This document shows, piece by piece, positions 8,927 through 21,869 of a stretch of DNA of 32,399 nt; position 1 is the stretch's first letter; each line of letters begins with the position of its first letter. Under the pieces are notes generated by a model. That model was given only the letters and a program-made list of their open reading frames with translations. It was not told the DNA's origin and did not search any database. Location of the stretch: the NCBI GenBank assembly GCA_032718475.1, contig JAUCBJ010007508.1, positions 1 through 32,399 on the forward strand. The letters are read 5' to 3'. Made by a program: the position numbers and the translations under genes. Source of the stretch: Nemertoderma westbladi. Taxonomy: Eukaryota > Animalia > Xenacoelomorpha.

Positions 8927-10487
8927 AAAAAATTCAAAAAAATTAAAAAAATTAAGGATCTAACAGGAATTACCTACATTATATGCCCTACGTGAATACT
9001 ACGCCATGAAATTTTTCTTAAGTACAGTACATACATAAACTCAGTACACCATTTACACATCTCAGCTTGCCCTTTATAAATAACCATAGTGCTAATATCT
9101 CAAGTCAAAAACTATTAAATCGTATAACTAAAAAAATCAAAATTCCAATAACTAAAACAAACAGCGGATTTAATAGTGTCGCTATAAGTATGGCACACAT
9201 TTGGAATCTCATAGATAAAAAAATTCCGAAGCATTGGAAACTTAAAATATATTACAATTTAATAAAAAAATATTACTACTCAAAATTCGAATGAGCTGCT
9301 ATCACTTAAATAAAAAATAACATATCGCGATGCTTTGATTAATAACAAAATATATATATTTGTGCTGCAATGTATTGCCACCAAACTAGAAAACTATAGG
9401 GCCTACTAAGTACTGTAGTTTACCGAGGAGTACAGTTCGTACAGTTTAATTTAATTCTACTGTATTTAGGTTAATTATGTGTGTTACATATGTACTGTAG
9501 ATCTGGAGAGTCTGCTGACGCTTATTGCCGCGCTTTGGGTACTGCCCTCAGCGCTGCCTCCAAATTTTACTTTGGAGTTTCAGACTATAAAATAATAATA
9601 ATTATTATTATTTTTGCATTCCAACTATAATTCCCATAGTTGAGAAATTAAAAATTACATTAATGTTAATTTTTAGGAAAGAAATACCTTCTGGTTGAAC
9701 ATCAAATCGTGTGTCTCCAGAAAATTCCTGAGCTTTCAAATACCACAGGAGCAGCAGCGAGGTGCAGAGGAAAATATAGCGAATGTATTCAATAGAAGAT
9801 GCAGGATTCTCCTGCCATCAACAATGATCGCATTCAATTTCGGTTATTGGTTGCTGATTTACGTTGAAACTTCCTCTCTTGTTGAAACTTACATGAAAGA
9901 AGAATTGTAATCAACTCCCGCTTAAAACATAATTTTAACATACTGTACTATTATTAGTATATTATGTATAGTATTGTACCTATTTAAGTCATTTAATCCT
10001 CCTCTCCTCTCCCTTGTGTGATACTTGTATGCGAGAGCAATTAGGCATCTAGAATACCTTGAGTAGTACTATAATCATTGGTAAACATTGATCATGGTAT
10101 ATTGAATTGAATTTTAATTTTTTGAATTTTAATTTATTTTCCATCGAGTAACAATGAATAAGGTAAACCTTGTATAAAATGCACCCCGACACCATTTAGT
10201 AAAGGTAATCCAAAGAGTTGAGGTGAGGAAATGGGGTGAGAAGGCATGCATTGGGTATGATGGCCTGGATGGCAGCTCTAATAGCATAGCTAGTTAGCGC
10301 TGCCACCCAGGTAATGATACATTAGAGTAATGAAATTCGCGAGTTATGTAATGAACAGGACATGAAGAAGGGATGGATGGTATCATTGAACGATAAATTG
10401 TGAACAATGCTTTAAAAAATACTAGTTGAAACAAGAACGTGGGAGCCAGAAATTGTCAATTTGTTACAATTTAATTATTTAATTTCT
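8927..10487. repeat. Segmental duplication, copy 2
   Basis: Matches 1-1561; the left limit is set only by the window edge. Confidence 0.95.
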
Positions 10488-11945
10488 TTTAATTACTTTT
10501 AATTTATTTTCCTATTAGTGTTTCTTGTATACTATAGATGTGAGAGTATATACTGTTTGTAGTTTTTGGAAAAACATTGTTTTGTGGCTTGTTAAATAGT
10601 AGACGGGATAGTATTCCAAATGGTAGGGGACCGAGATAAGTAGAACGTTGTGCAATATCAAACCTTGTATGGGGAATATGGGAATTTACTTAACCGGGTA
10701 TAATTTTGGTGGGTGCTTGACGTATACCTAAATCTAAACAGGATTAATTATAAAGTTATTAATGTCATGCATGAATAGGGCGGTCTGGTGTTTGAAAAGA
10801 CATTCTAATGGCAAAATTTGTAATATATTTAATTAATTAATTTTTTTAATTATAATATTTAATTTCGCGACAATTTTATTCAATAATTTCGGGAATTTAA
10901 TTATAGAAAAGCAACGCGTTGCTAATTTTATCTAAAAGTTCGTACCTGGTGTTATTTTTTTGTGCTCTTTATATTTTCGACTGTGTTCGGCAGTTTTTGG
11001 AGTGTGTTCGGGTGTGTTCTACTGTGTTCGCTTGTGTTGTGTAAAAGGATCTATCCGTTAGCCATTAACCATTCTGCAATCCCATTTATCTATGCAAATC
11101 CATTTATCAAGATGGAAGTGATATAGTGTAGTATCGTCTGCGAATATGGTGGACTTGGGATATATAGGGTATAATAGAATAGAGTGTTGTTGTTGCATAG
11201 GTAGGTCATTAATAAAGAGTAGAAAAAGAATAGGAGATTGTACGCCACCTTGCGGGACTCCACAAAGCAGTTTTTAAGCATTTTACTAAATTATGGGTCA
11301 TCCACGGTTTAAGATGGATTTTTTGTGGTGGCATAGATTATTGCGTTACATGACTAGAGCAGATATACGGCTTAAATCAGAATAGAAAACAACTAATTTT
11401 TCATCGTCTGGGATTGTGGATGCAGTATACGTCCAAGCACTTGAAGCAGTAAGATCTTTCCTAAAATTAGCCTGGTTCTATTTAGAATAGTCAGTATATT
11501 TTTGGGTTTGTTAAAAAAGCAGGATGAATTTTAGAAGACAGTAAATGTTGGATAATGATCAGTTGAACCAATTAAATGTTCAAAAACTCCAGCTGATGAA
11601 AATTATGATGTGATATTAGTAATGACATGTTCTATTAAGGATTTCAACAAAGGGATTTCATGTGTGGGTTTGTTAATTAATTGGATAAAGCCGTAGCAAT
11701 TAAGAGTATTAGTATATTGTATAACTTTAGAAGACGACATTGGCATATCGATGTTTAAATCGCCGGTTATTATTACATCATACTTAAGGTTTGTTAATTT
11801 GGCTAGAGTATCCGGCTCATCCAGGAGAGTAATAAAAGTATCAGTATAATAATAAATAAATGGATACTAATGGCGATGAATGGAACTAATAATTAATCGT
11901 TGGAATGGGGACGTCAGATTTGGATCCAGGTATTTTCCAGAATCA
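10101..11945 (-). mobile_element. Degenerate, internally deleted L2/CR1-like LINE
   Basis: Minus-strand motifs in order: VIITGDLNID (~11760), YGFIQLINKPTH..SLIEHVITN, TDHYPTF (~11555), KPWMT, GVPQGGVQSPILFLLFINDLP..IFADDTTLY (11261-11121), LQILPLECLFKHQTALFMH, IWNTIPSTI (~10615), then 3' UTR hairpin and tail. Confidence 0.85.
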
Positions 11946-12159
11946 ACAAATTATTTGCACACTTAATTAGATACCTTTTTGCACCAAATAAACTTACTTT
12001 CCACCAAAAACGGTTCATTTTACCACCAAATGTTAGAAGGTCTGTCTATGGCTCTGTCGAAACCCTAGACAAAAAGTGTCTTCAACCCTAAACCTAACTG
12101 GCCTAATTTGGCCCGATGGCTGAATTGGCTTTAATTGGCCATATTGGCCCTTTTACTTT

Positions 12160-13490
12160 TTACTGGTACTTTTTTTGAAGCGTTTTTTGAAAATTACATT
12201 TCATTAAATATGAATTGTAACACCTCTATTTTCGATTTACACCGGTTTTTTGGTGTTAGCAATTAGATGGAATTCATCTAAATAAATTTAGAAATTTCAA
12301 ACTTGTTTTTTTCGGCGGGTGCCAATGTTGGTGCCAGCACCAAATTTGAAATATGTCAAATTTGTAAATTGATTGTTTGAACCTGTTTTTTGCGAAATAG
12401 GGGTTTTTTGGGGCTCTGTTTTCGATGGAATATATACGAGTTGCACCAGGAGTATAAAACTTGTATTTTTCGGCGCGGTGTGCAAAATTTGGTGCCAGCA
12501 CGAAATTTTTAAAATCCATTCAATAGTTAAATAATTCAATAGTTTTAGAGGTTTATGGCTGTTCTGTATTCAATGGAATATAATTATCGAACTAGACATC
12601 TCTAACTTGTATTTTTCGGAAGTGGGTGCAAAATGTGGTGCTAGCACCAAATTTTGAAAATCATCAAATATATCAATTAATTGTGTCACCTTGTTTCTTG
12701 CGTTATACGGGTTTGTGAGGGTTCTGAATTCAATGGAATCAGTAAAAATTTCAAACAATTTCAAGAGTTTTCAAACTTGTATTTTTTGCCGGTGGGTGAA
12801 AATTGTTGTGCCAGCACCAAATTGTAGAAAATAAGCAAATTGATCAATAGATAGTATCATCTTGTTTCTTGCGTGATACGGGTTTATGGGGGTCCTGAAT
12901 CCGATGGAATCAATAAAAACCGCACTGGACATCTCAAACATGTACTTTTTGGTGATGGCTACGAAATTTGGTGCTAGCACCAAAATTTGCCTTATTATGC
13001 CGAAAAATACAATTAGCAATGATCTAGCAAATTAGAAATGCATTCCATTAGAATCAGCGCCCCAGAAAACCTAAAAATGTGAATTTATAGCATCGTATAA
13101 GCGAATTGATAATTTTGTGTTCAAACTAAAAAGTGCTGGTTACTTGTTTTTTTCATTTTTTGCCTAAGTAAAGGACTAAAACAACCATTTATAGTAATCA
13201 GATAATTTTAAACACTTTCCAATGGATTTTGCGCCCCAGAAAACCTGTATTGAAAAACAATTAGCCGAAAATTATAACTTTCAAATTTTATGAAAATTGT
13301 TCAATACTTGTAATTTTGGTGTAGCAAAGTAATCACCCCAGTATTTTTTTTCTAAATTTTTCTAAATTTTTTCGGTCGGATTCGGACTAGTGAGATCTAC
13401 GTACAAACAAATTTGTTGATTTTAGAGGGAGGAGTTACCATGACCCCCCGGTATTTGTACAACATTTTATAGGTTTCATATCTAATAGGG
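12160..13490. mobile_element. piggyBac-like element, copy C, left end missing
   Basis: Colinear with A/B from about 12160; ends TAATAGGG|TTAA (13491-13494). Confidence 0.85.
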
Positions 13491-13494
13491 TTAA

Positions 13495-13656
13495 GGTATC
13501 TAAGTTCAGAATGTCTGTTAAGTCACTACTAAATGTCTCAGAAAAAGTAAGTATATCAAACTTAGTAGAGATATTAAGTATAGAGTCAGTTATAGCTGGT
13601 AGGTTAGAGGGAAGACTACGGCAATTTGTGAAGTGAAGTGAATGATAATGTTGCAC
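13495..13656 (-). pseudogene. LINE ORF2 start (APE endonuclease N-terminus)
   Basis: HFTNCRSLPSNLPAITDSILNISTKFDILTFSETF matches the APE NxRSL...DIIxLSET pattern; cut at the TTAA of copy C. Confidence 0.75.
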
Positions 13657-15161
13657 TGTACACTTTATTACTATATAACTGCTACATAAACTGAATTAAT
13701 CAGTACAGTATACAGTACAAACTAAAATAGTCAAACAGAGATTCGACGTAGGGCCTCGGTGCTTAACCATAATAAAAGCATAATATCATAAAAATAATTG
13801 TTTTAAATAACATAAAATATCGACCCCTGCCATGTAGCTGTCAAGCTTCCTAAATATAATTTTAGCTTTCTGGTATAGCGGACTAGGATCCTTTAAAGAA
13901 AGAGGAAAAAAAAAAATTAGCACTCTGTTATGTAACTGATGGGTTTCATATATATATATGTACTTACAGTATTATAAAAACTGGCTAACTTTCTAAATAT
14001 TATTTTAGCTTTCTGATATATAACGGACTAGGATCCGACAAAAAGCGCTGTGCTATATATTGCTAGCTTACTAAATAATAAAATAGATCTCAACTTTAAA
14101 AATAATAATAGATAATCAATAAATGGTCCAAAAGACACATAGTTGATGCTAGAAGAAATGTTTACGATAAATCTAAGTACAAGTATAGTGTTAATTTGCG
14201 CTGAATAGTTTTATTATAGATTAAAAATTATAAAAAAAAATTTTTTTTTCGCTATTTAATATTAGTTAATACTAGTTAACAATAAAAAAAACTTGGTTGC
14301 GCTTAAAACCCTAAAGCTTTTACAGTTTTCAATCAAATCACATGAAAGTTTTTTTATATGATGGATAAAAGATGGGGCAATATATCTAACTATCAGGCGA
14401 AATTTTGTGAAAATAATTCTGCAACGCTAGGTGGCGCTTCAAATTTATGCAAATTTTTTTAGGTAGTTATAAATAGTTATTAAATTTTATTAACAAAAAA
14501 ATGCAAAAAGTTGTCTGATACTATTATGCAGGGTGGCTATGTAGACACCCACACATATTTTCAGACGAATCGCTCAAAAATTGTAGAAGTAGTAGGGTTT
14601 TGAATTTTACTAATTCATAAAAACAATATTTGGAGATAATCTACCTTTCATTATACATAGTACAGTAATAGTAATTTGATAGGTCTCCCTAAATGGAAAT
14701 TTACATAACTTGAAAACTAAAATAGCTATTAAATAGCGGTCATAATAATAATTTCGACATATTTTGGACCAAAATGGTGTACCCCCCCCCCCCCCCCCCC
14801 CCCAACCCCCTTAAGTAAAGGACAATAATTAATTAATACTATTAATTTTCTAGCTATAAATTACAAATGTATTTATCTCGGTTTAATGTTTTTTATGGAA
14901 CGGACTTCGTTGAAGTTTGCAATAGGGCTTCATAATGAAGTATTGACCTATCGTTTTCATCAACGTTTCATAAACTATCTCAAACGGGATTTATTCAGAA
15001 AAGCTCAAAAAGGACTCGCCATTTGAAGTTGTTTGTTCACATATAGGATCTACTGTAAGTTCCTGTTCTTGGACAAGGACCTGTTCCTTGATCTAGGAAC
15101 TAGGCCTACTGTAATTTCGCTAGGAGTGCAGTATTTTGTGCCTGACTGAGCTTGGGCCATA

Positions 15162-15321
15162 TTGTTTCAGGTTGTTTCATCCTTGTTTCAGGTTGTTTCA
15201 GATCGTTTCAGTTTGTTTTATATTTTAGTATGATACCAATATTACAGGCTCCTTATTAAGATCGCCTTGGTGGGATGAAACCATTTTCACTTTTAGTGGG
15301 ATGAAACCATTTTCACTTTTA
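15162..15321. repeat. Short tandem repeats
   Basis: About five TTGTTTCA units at 15162-15218, and a perfect tandem duplication of GTGGGATGAAACCATTTTCACTTTTA at 15270-15321. Confidence 0.8.
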
Positions 15322-18300
15322 TTCAATCGCGGCCGTGTGAGTGAGGTGAATACGGCCGCTCCTAATACCGGAGGATCTATAACGTTATCCCGAAAACGAG
15401 GGTTTCCCATGGTAGCTCCTAAACTAGCCACTATTTTTTTTATTTTCGTACTGAAGGTTCCTTTCTAATTGTTTGACGGACATGACGGACAATTTTCGGA
15501 AGGGTGTTTTTCGATTTTCGTAAATTTTCGTCGATTTTACCATTAGGGTCTATGTAAAAAAAATAGAACCACGGGCGAAAGTACTTTTTTTATCGTTGAA
15601 ATTTAAAGGGGGACTCCAAATTAGATGTTTACAGCTTTAAAAATTGGGGGTCCCCGAGTTACTTTTCCGTCTATTGTCCGTCAAAGTTAGAAAAACGGAC
15701 AAAATGACTATGCGGGATCCACTACAATTCAGCTAATATTAATCGTACGGGGACGAAAGTAACGCAGTTGGAAAGGGGAAGAGTGGTACTACCTTCGTAT
15801 CGAATGGGGGTAAGATATTTACTAATATTTCGAGTGGAAAAAAGGGCCGTAACTTTGTCTGTTTTTTTCCATCTTTTTTATATATTTTATATTTCGGAAA
15901 TTTTTATTTCGAAAACGCGAGTAGGAATCCGCCAATTCTTTTTCGGAATGCATAAAACACCACAGGGGCTACGATCCTATCGAATGGGGGTACAGAAAAT
16001 AAGTCGGCAAAAGGGTCCAAAAAAGGGCCAGAAAATGATTAAATGTTTATAACTAATAACTTTTTTATTTTTGACTCTAGAAGGTTAAGGTTCATTTTAC
16101 GGTGAATATCGATACGTGGAATCCAAATATTCGATTGGTTTTGCTGCGCAACGATATTAAAAAATTGAAGGCCAATATTACAATTTCGTGTTTCAAACTC
16201 GCTGTGCGTGAACTCGTCTAGCTCGAAAACTACTCAACGTTAAATTATCTATCTTTCAGCGTTAGTTACAGCGCCGTAGCTATTATACAACTGGTGCGGC
16301 AGACGATCGTGTGAAATAAAATATTTATATAAGAGACGAAAAATTTTTTTTTTAAATCGCTTATCTATTATAATTTAGCGTATTGCGCCAAAAGTATATT
16401 TAAATGTAGCAAATTACCTCCGCTATCTTTTTTCTTAACATTTGTAATAAAAATTACGAATTTTAAGGGTCGAAATATATCGCGTCATTTTGGCCCTTTT
16501 TTTTAATTTTTTTTGGGGCCAAAAATGACCCCTTCTCAAAAGATAGAATAAACATTACGGCAAAGAATATACAAATTTTATTGAATTTGGACCATCAGAA
16601 CCGAAGTTAGAGCGATTTTAGTGAAAAAATAAAAATAATTTTTTTTGCGAAAAATTAAGAATGGTCAATATTGGATTTCGTACCCTCGAACTTAGGTTTC
16701 AATAAGGTGATTGATAACCACTCGACTACGTGACCAAACGAATTTGAAATTTTCGAGTGACTATTTTTAAACATCAATAAATTTGGTTCTACAGGGCCGT
16801 TTAATCTGAAACTTTTTTCATTGGATAGAGGATAGATTGTAGTGTGTGAAATAGGATAAAACTTGGGAAAAGACGCATGTGCACTTAGTGCAAAATGCAC
16901 TTAAATAGTGAACATTTTTTCTATATTTCAAACACTATTATTTCCAGTTCTTTTCATCGTAGAATGTTATTTTTTGGATTAAAATGTAGTTTGGAGTGAT
17001 TTCTAACTATAATCGTAACATTTGTTTAACTTTTTATGTCTAGAAAGTGACTTAAAATGTCTTTGAATATTGTCCAAACTCGCAAAAGTCGAGATTTATT
17101 AAATTGAATTTTTGACACTTTTAGCGACTGACACTTGATCATACACCATCGTAGATCGGTAGAGGATAAACATAAGTTTGTTAAATAAGAGCCACCATTA
17201 CGATCTGCTGAAGTGCACTTGAACAAATAAGTGTGCAAAAGTCCAAATTTTTTAATAAGGTCAAATTATATAATAGTGGGTTGTTTTCTTTGCAGATACT
17301 TTATTTTCATATTAATATGTTGTTTGAACCTTACTGAGCGCATTAGGGATAAGTGTACAAATAACCGGCCCTTATGAGGCTTCGATTGGGTAAATTAATA
17401 AAACATAAGGTTGTAATATTCTAAAAAAACAGTGTGATATTAAATGCACTTTAAAAAATAAATAAAATCAAATAACAAATGGACCACACAATTAAAAACT
17501 CGCACAATTTTGTACTTGTTATATCGCTTCAAATTAATTCAACAGTTCTTAGCTACAAGAGTTTGAAAAAAAAATGTCCCAATATAAAAATATCCAATAT
17601 TCAACAGTGTATATTTGGGGGACGGGGGAAGTTACAGTATGCATTCGGGGGAAGTTTGGTGAACTGCATTAATGCAGTGAATCCAAACTTCCCCCTTTGA
17701 GATATCATATACTTAAGACATGCTGGGGTGTCGGGGAAATATTTGTTACTGTCACACTTTGCTTCCATTTATCCTATCCTTTATTATTACCCCAGTCAGA
17801 TAAGAGATAATAATCAGTAGAAACCAAACTAAACTGTCTTTCATGCAAGCAAATTTCTAACTAAAGGCGGGTGAATGACCATGGAAATAATTTTAAATAT
17901 AATTGTATATCAACTATTTGGGGAGACTTCCAAGTTAAACCCGAAAACAATTATTTTGTTACATATATAGTAAATTACGTTGTATGTTCTTTTTCCTCTC
18001 ATAATAAAATATATATGAAATATCTCTGATCGCTGTGCCCTTAAACATTTCGCAACCAAAATGTTTCAATGTGAAAAGTGTAGGCCTACCATACCCCGCC
18101 CAAACAGCCGCAAACGCATAGCCAACAAATTTAACAAAGGGTTACATACATGTTGTGTTCATGACGAGATGAGGGAAAATTGATCGCATAATATATACTA
18201 AAAAATTGAGAGTCGGGCTGGCTCTCCTCCACTTTCTTACCCAATGGAAATGTTGTTTTTATAATCTAATATTGGGGCGGCTTTCTCTAGTACACAGAGC

Positions 18301-19114
18301 TCCCTGTAGATTAATCGATAATTATTTGCAGTGTAAATAATTAAGAACAATAATTAAGTTTTGCATATAGAACAATCGTTATTTAAGATTGATTTATTTT
18401 CATCCAATAGGATTAGGAGATTGGATTTATCCTTTTCTATTTTATTGTTCAACTGCTGCATAATTCAGATTAAAGCTGAAACATACCGTCTTTCTGAGTT
18501 AAGAAGTTTGTCGGCTTATGGTATAGTAATTACATTATAAGCAGCTGCGAAGTATATAATAACGTTGAGGTTTGTAAAAGAGGATTTAAATGTTTAGAGG
18601 AAAAACAAATGGTTTAATGTTTGGTTACACGAATTATTTGGCTCAGTACTTTTTAATAAAACTTAAACCAATTAGCACTGGGGTTCTTTAGTTCAGACAA
18701 TTTACACCGTGGGGGGGGGGGGGGGGGGGGTGGGATTTACGAAATTTGGGGCACTACGGGCGAAATTTGGCGCATCTCCCACGGGGCACGACAGCTCCAA
18801 ACCCTCACAAACCATGTAGGCTTTTGTCAATATTCATGAAAACAAGCGGATGTCTCCGGACAATATTGCAAAGTGGTGAATTTTCCCAGGAGGCTTCATA
18901 TTATTATTAATTTTGTTATTGGAAAATATACATATGGGTTAAACAGTTGCTGGATTGATTGGAAGAATTTTAAAAACATGAAAATTTTTTGGAGAATATA
19001 AAAAATAACCCTAAACAGCGATGTAATTACAATAATCCGATATATAGCATAATGTGGACGTAACGTGTTGTTGTGGACTACATGAGTATGCCTAACAACT
19101 AGGTGAACGTTTAA

Positions 19115-20570
19115 CCCTATTAAACCCGGGGTTTTTTTATATTAATTCTGAAACACTCGCAGTTGGGAATCTGAAATTTTATGACTTTTCCTAAAAATCT
19201 ATTGTCTTCCTAGTAGTGAAAACCGTTTTCAAAAATATTGGGTAGTTTTCGAGTTATAGCACCATTTTTTAACCCTACTTTTGGCACTTTTTTTGAGACG
19301 TTTTTTGAAAATTACATTTCATTAAATATGAATTGTACATCTCTATTTTTGATTTACACCGGTTTTTTGGTGTTAGCAATTGGATGGAATTCATATAAAT
19401 TGATTTAGAAATTTCAAACTTGTTTTTTTCGGCGGGTGCCAAATTTTGGTGTCAGCACCAAATTTGAAATATGTCAATTTTGAAAATTGATTGTTTGAAA
19501 CTTGTTTTTTTACGCAATTGGGGTTTTTTGGGGTTCTCGTTTCGATGAAATATATACGATTGCACCAAGCGTATCAAACTTGAATTTTTTGGTGCTGTGT
19601 GCAATTTTTGGTGCTAGCACAAAATTGTGAAAATCCATTCAATAGATAAAATTGCTTGTGACATTTTATTTCTTGCGTTTTAGAGGTTTATGGCTGTTCT
19701 CTAACTCATCTCAGACTCAGACATCTCTAACTTGTATTTTTCGGAAGAGTGGGTGCAAAATGTGGAGCTAGCACCAAATTTTGAAAATCATCAAATATAT
19801 CAATTAATTGTGTCACCTTGTTTCTTGCGTTATACGGGTTTGTGAGGGTTCTGAATTCAATGGAATCAGTAAAAATTTCATAAGAGTTTTCAAACTTGTA
19901 TTTTTCGCCGGTGGGTGAAAATTGTTGTGCCAGCACCAAATTTTGGAAAATAAGCAAATTTATCAGTAGATAGTATCATCTTGTTTCTTGCGTTATACGG
20001 GTTTATGAGGGTCCTGAATCCGATGGAATCAATAAAAACAGCACTGGACATCGTAAACTTGTACTTTTTGGTGATGGGTACGAAATTTGGTGCTAGCACC
20101 AAAATTTGCCAAATTACGCCGAAAAATACAAGTATCAATGATCTGGCATATTAGAAAGGTATTCCATTAGAATGAGCGCCCTAGAAAACCTATAAATGTG
20201 AATTTATAGCATCGTATAAGTGAATTAAAAATTTTGTGTTCTAACTGAAAAGTGCTGGTTACTTGTTTTTTTATTTTTCCTACGCAGAGAGGACTAAACA
20301 GCCATTTATAGTAATCATATCATTTTTAAATATTTTCCAATGTATTTTGCGCCCCAGAAAACCTGTATTGAAAAACAATTAGCCAAAAAATGTAACTTTC
20401 AAATATTGTGAAAATTGTGCACTACTTGTAATTTTGGTGCTGCAATATAACCACCCCATACATTTTTTCGAAAATTTCTTTTTCGGTCGGATCCAGACTA
20501 CTGATACCTACGTACAAACAAAAAATCAGACGTTTTCGTAAAATTTATAAATTTTAGAGGGGGGGTTATA
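19115..20570. mobile_element. piggyBac-like element, copy D, right end missing
   Basis: TTAA (19111-19114) CCCTATTAAAC start; colinear with B; similarity stops after TTTTAGAGGGGGGGTTATA. Confidence 0.85.
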
Positions 20571-20958
20571 TTTAAGTATACCGGTTTAAGTAGAACATAC
20601 GTACACCCATCTGGTAAGGAAATACACGAGTAATGCAAGTCCACCGGTAGAGTAGAGAATACATTTGTGTATAGAAAGACGCAATGCACGATTATAATAC
20701 AGCGACAATCGGCTGTAGAAGAACAACTAACAGAGGATAAATACTCTAGTTACTGGCATATATACAGTCTATAACAAAGCAACTATTAACTTATTGGGGC
20801 CGAGGGGCCTAATAGACCCCCCCCCCCCCCCCCCTTGTTATAATGGCGTCAATTTATCTTGTGGAGTAAAGGACAATGTAGGGAGGGCTACAGTGTGGAA
20901 TGCGGAATACGTCGTAAATTATAGTCCATTTCTAACCAAAATACTAAGCAGACAGATA

Positions 20959-21013
20959 ATGAAATTGGTTGGAATTATCGCTTTATCTCTAGCAACTTTC
21001 AGTAATGCCAATG
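20959..21013 (+). CDS. Lectin gene exon 1 (signal peptide)
   Basis: MKLVGIIALSLATFSNAN plus one base, then consensus donor GTGAGT at 21014 (phase 1). Confidence 0.8.
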
Positions 21014-21475
21014 GTGAGTCTTCATAAATATATTTTATATTTAACCCTGGGCCTATAGGTGATTTATAATTTAAATAGACGAAGATTCACACGAATTTTC
21101 CACAGAGTTAACATAACTTAATTTACCGCTGGGTTAATTTAACTTTATGTTGTTGTTTCGAATTCGGCATTAAATATTTTGTAGGAAATCTGGGTGAATG
21201 TGATGAATAACCAAAGACATGCCGAATTCAGTGCACATATTTAATAATACAAATAATATTATTAGAATAAAACCCTGGGCTTAATGACTGTTTGTTTCTT
21301 GATCATTTTAATCCTTTTAGTTTCAATAAATTTCAGCTTTTATGGCAGATACATTAGAGTAAAGCTGAGAAAGCTGTCCCTAAAAGGGACGGAGAGCTTA
21401 GGCAATGAAACGAAGATGCAAGTAAATTTCTCAAATTAGGCGTAGTAATGATTATAATAAAAAATTACTTTACAG

Positions 21476-21846
21476 AACAAAGCAATTTGTATGTAACTGA
21501 AGTTCTTCATCCTGGTGAATATAGAGTTTCTCCTGCAGGAAACTTCAAAGTAACCCAACAGTTGGATGGCAATCTTGTCATTCAATGCTATAATACTCCC
21601 ATCTGGCAATCGGATACAGCTGGTCACCCAGGCGCTGAGACTGTTCTACGGCATACTTGCAATGATCTGGTTATCATACACGATGGAAACATTATATGGA
21701 AAAACATGAAATATTGTATCCCGGGGGTGGACGATGCCGTACTGAGAATGCAAAATGATGGAAATCTTGTGGTATATTTGGGTAGAACGGCATTGTGGTC
21801 CGCCAAATCTAACCAGGAATGTGAAGGTATGCTTCTTCTATACTAA
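21476..21846 (+). CDS. Lectin gene exon 2: bulb-type (GNA-like, B-type) mannose-binding lectin domain
   Basis: Acceptor TTTTACAG ends at 21475 and is phase-compatible with exon 1. QxDxNxVxY motifs: QLDGNLVIQ, degenerate CNDLVIIH, intact QNDGNLVVY, each followed by a hydrophobic-Trp motif. Ends at the 21846 stop or at a possible donor G|GTATGC (21826/21827). Confidence 0.88.
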
Positions 21847-21869
21847 AACATATTACTATAATGGCAGAT

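Noticed and set aside
14423-14438. CTCF-like motif CGCTAGGTGGCGCT
   Set aside because: A single motif within probable repeat sequence, with no independent support.
14080-17250. Probable non-autonomous DNA transposon pieces (e.g. repeated TATCGAATGGGGGTA)
   Set aside because: Could not identify paired termini or TSDs, so no element is called.
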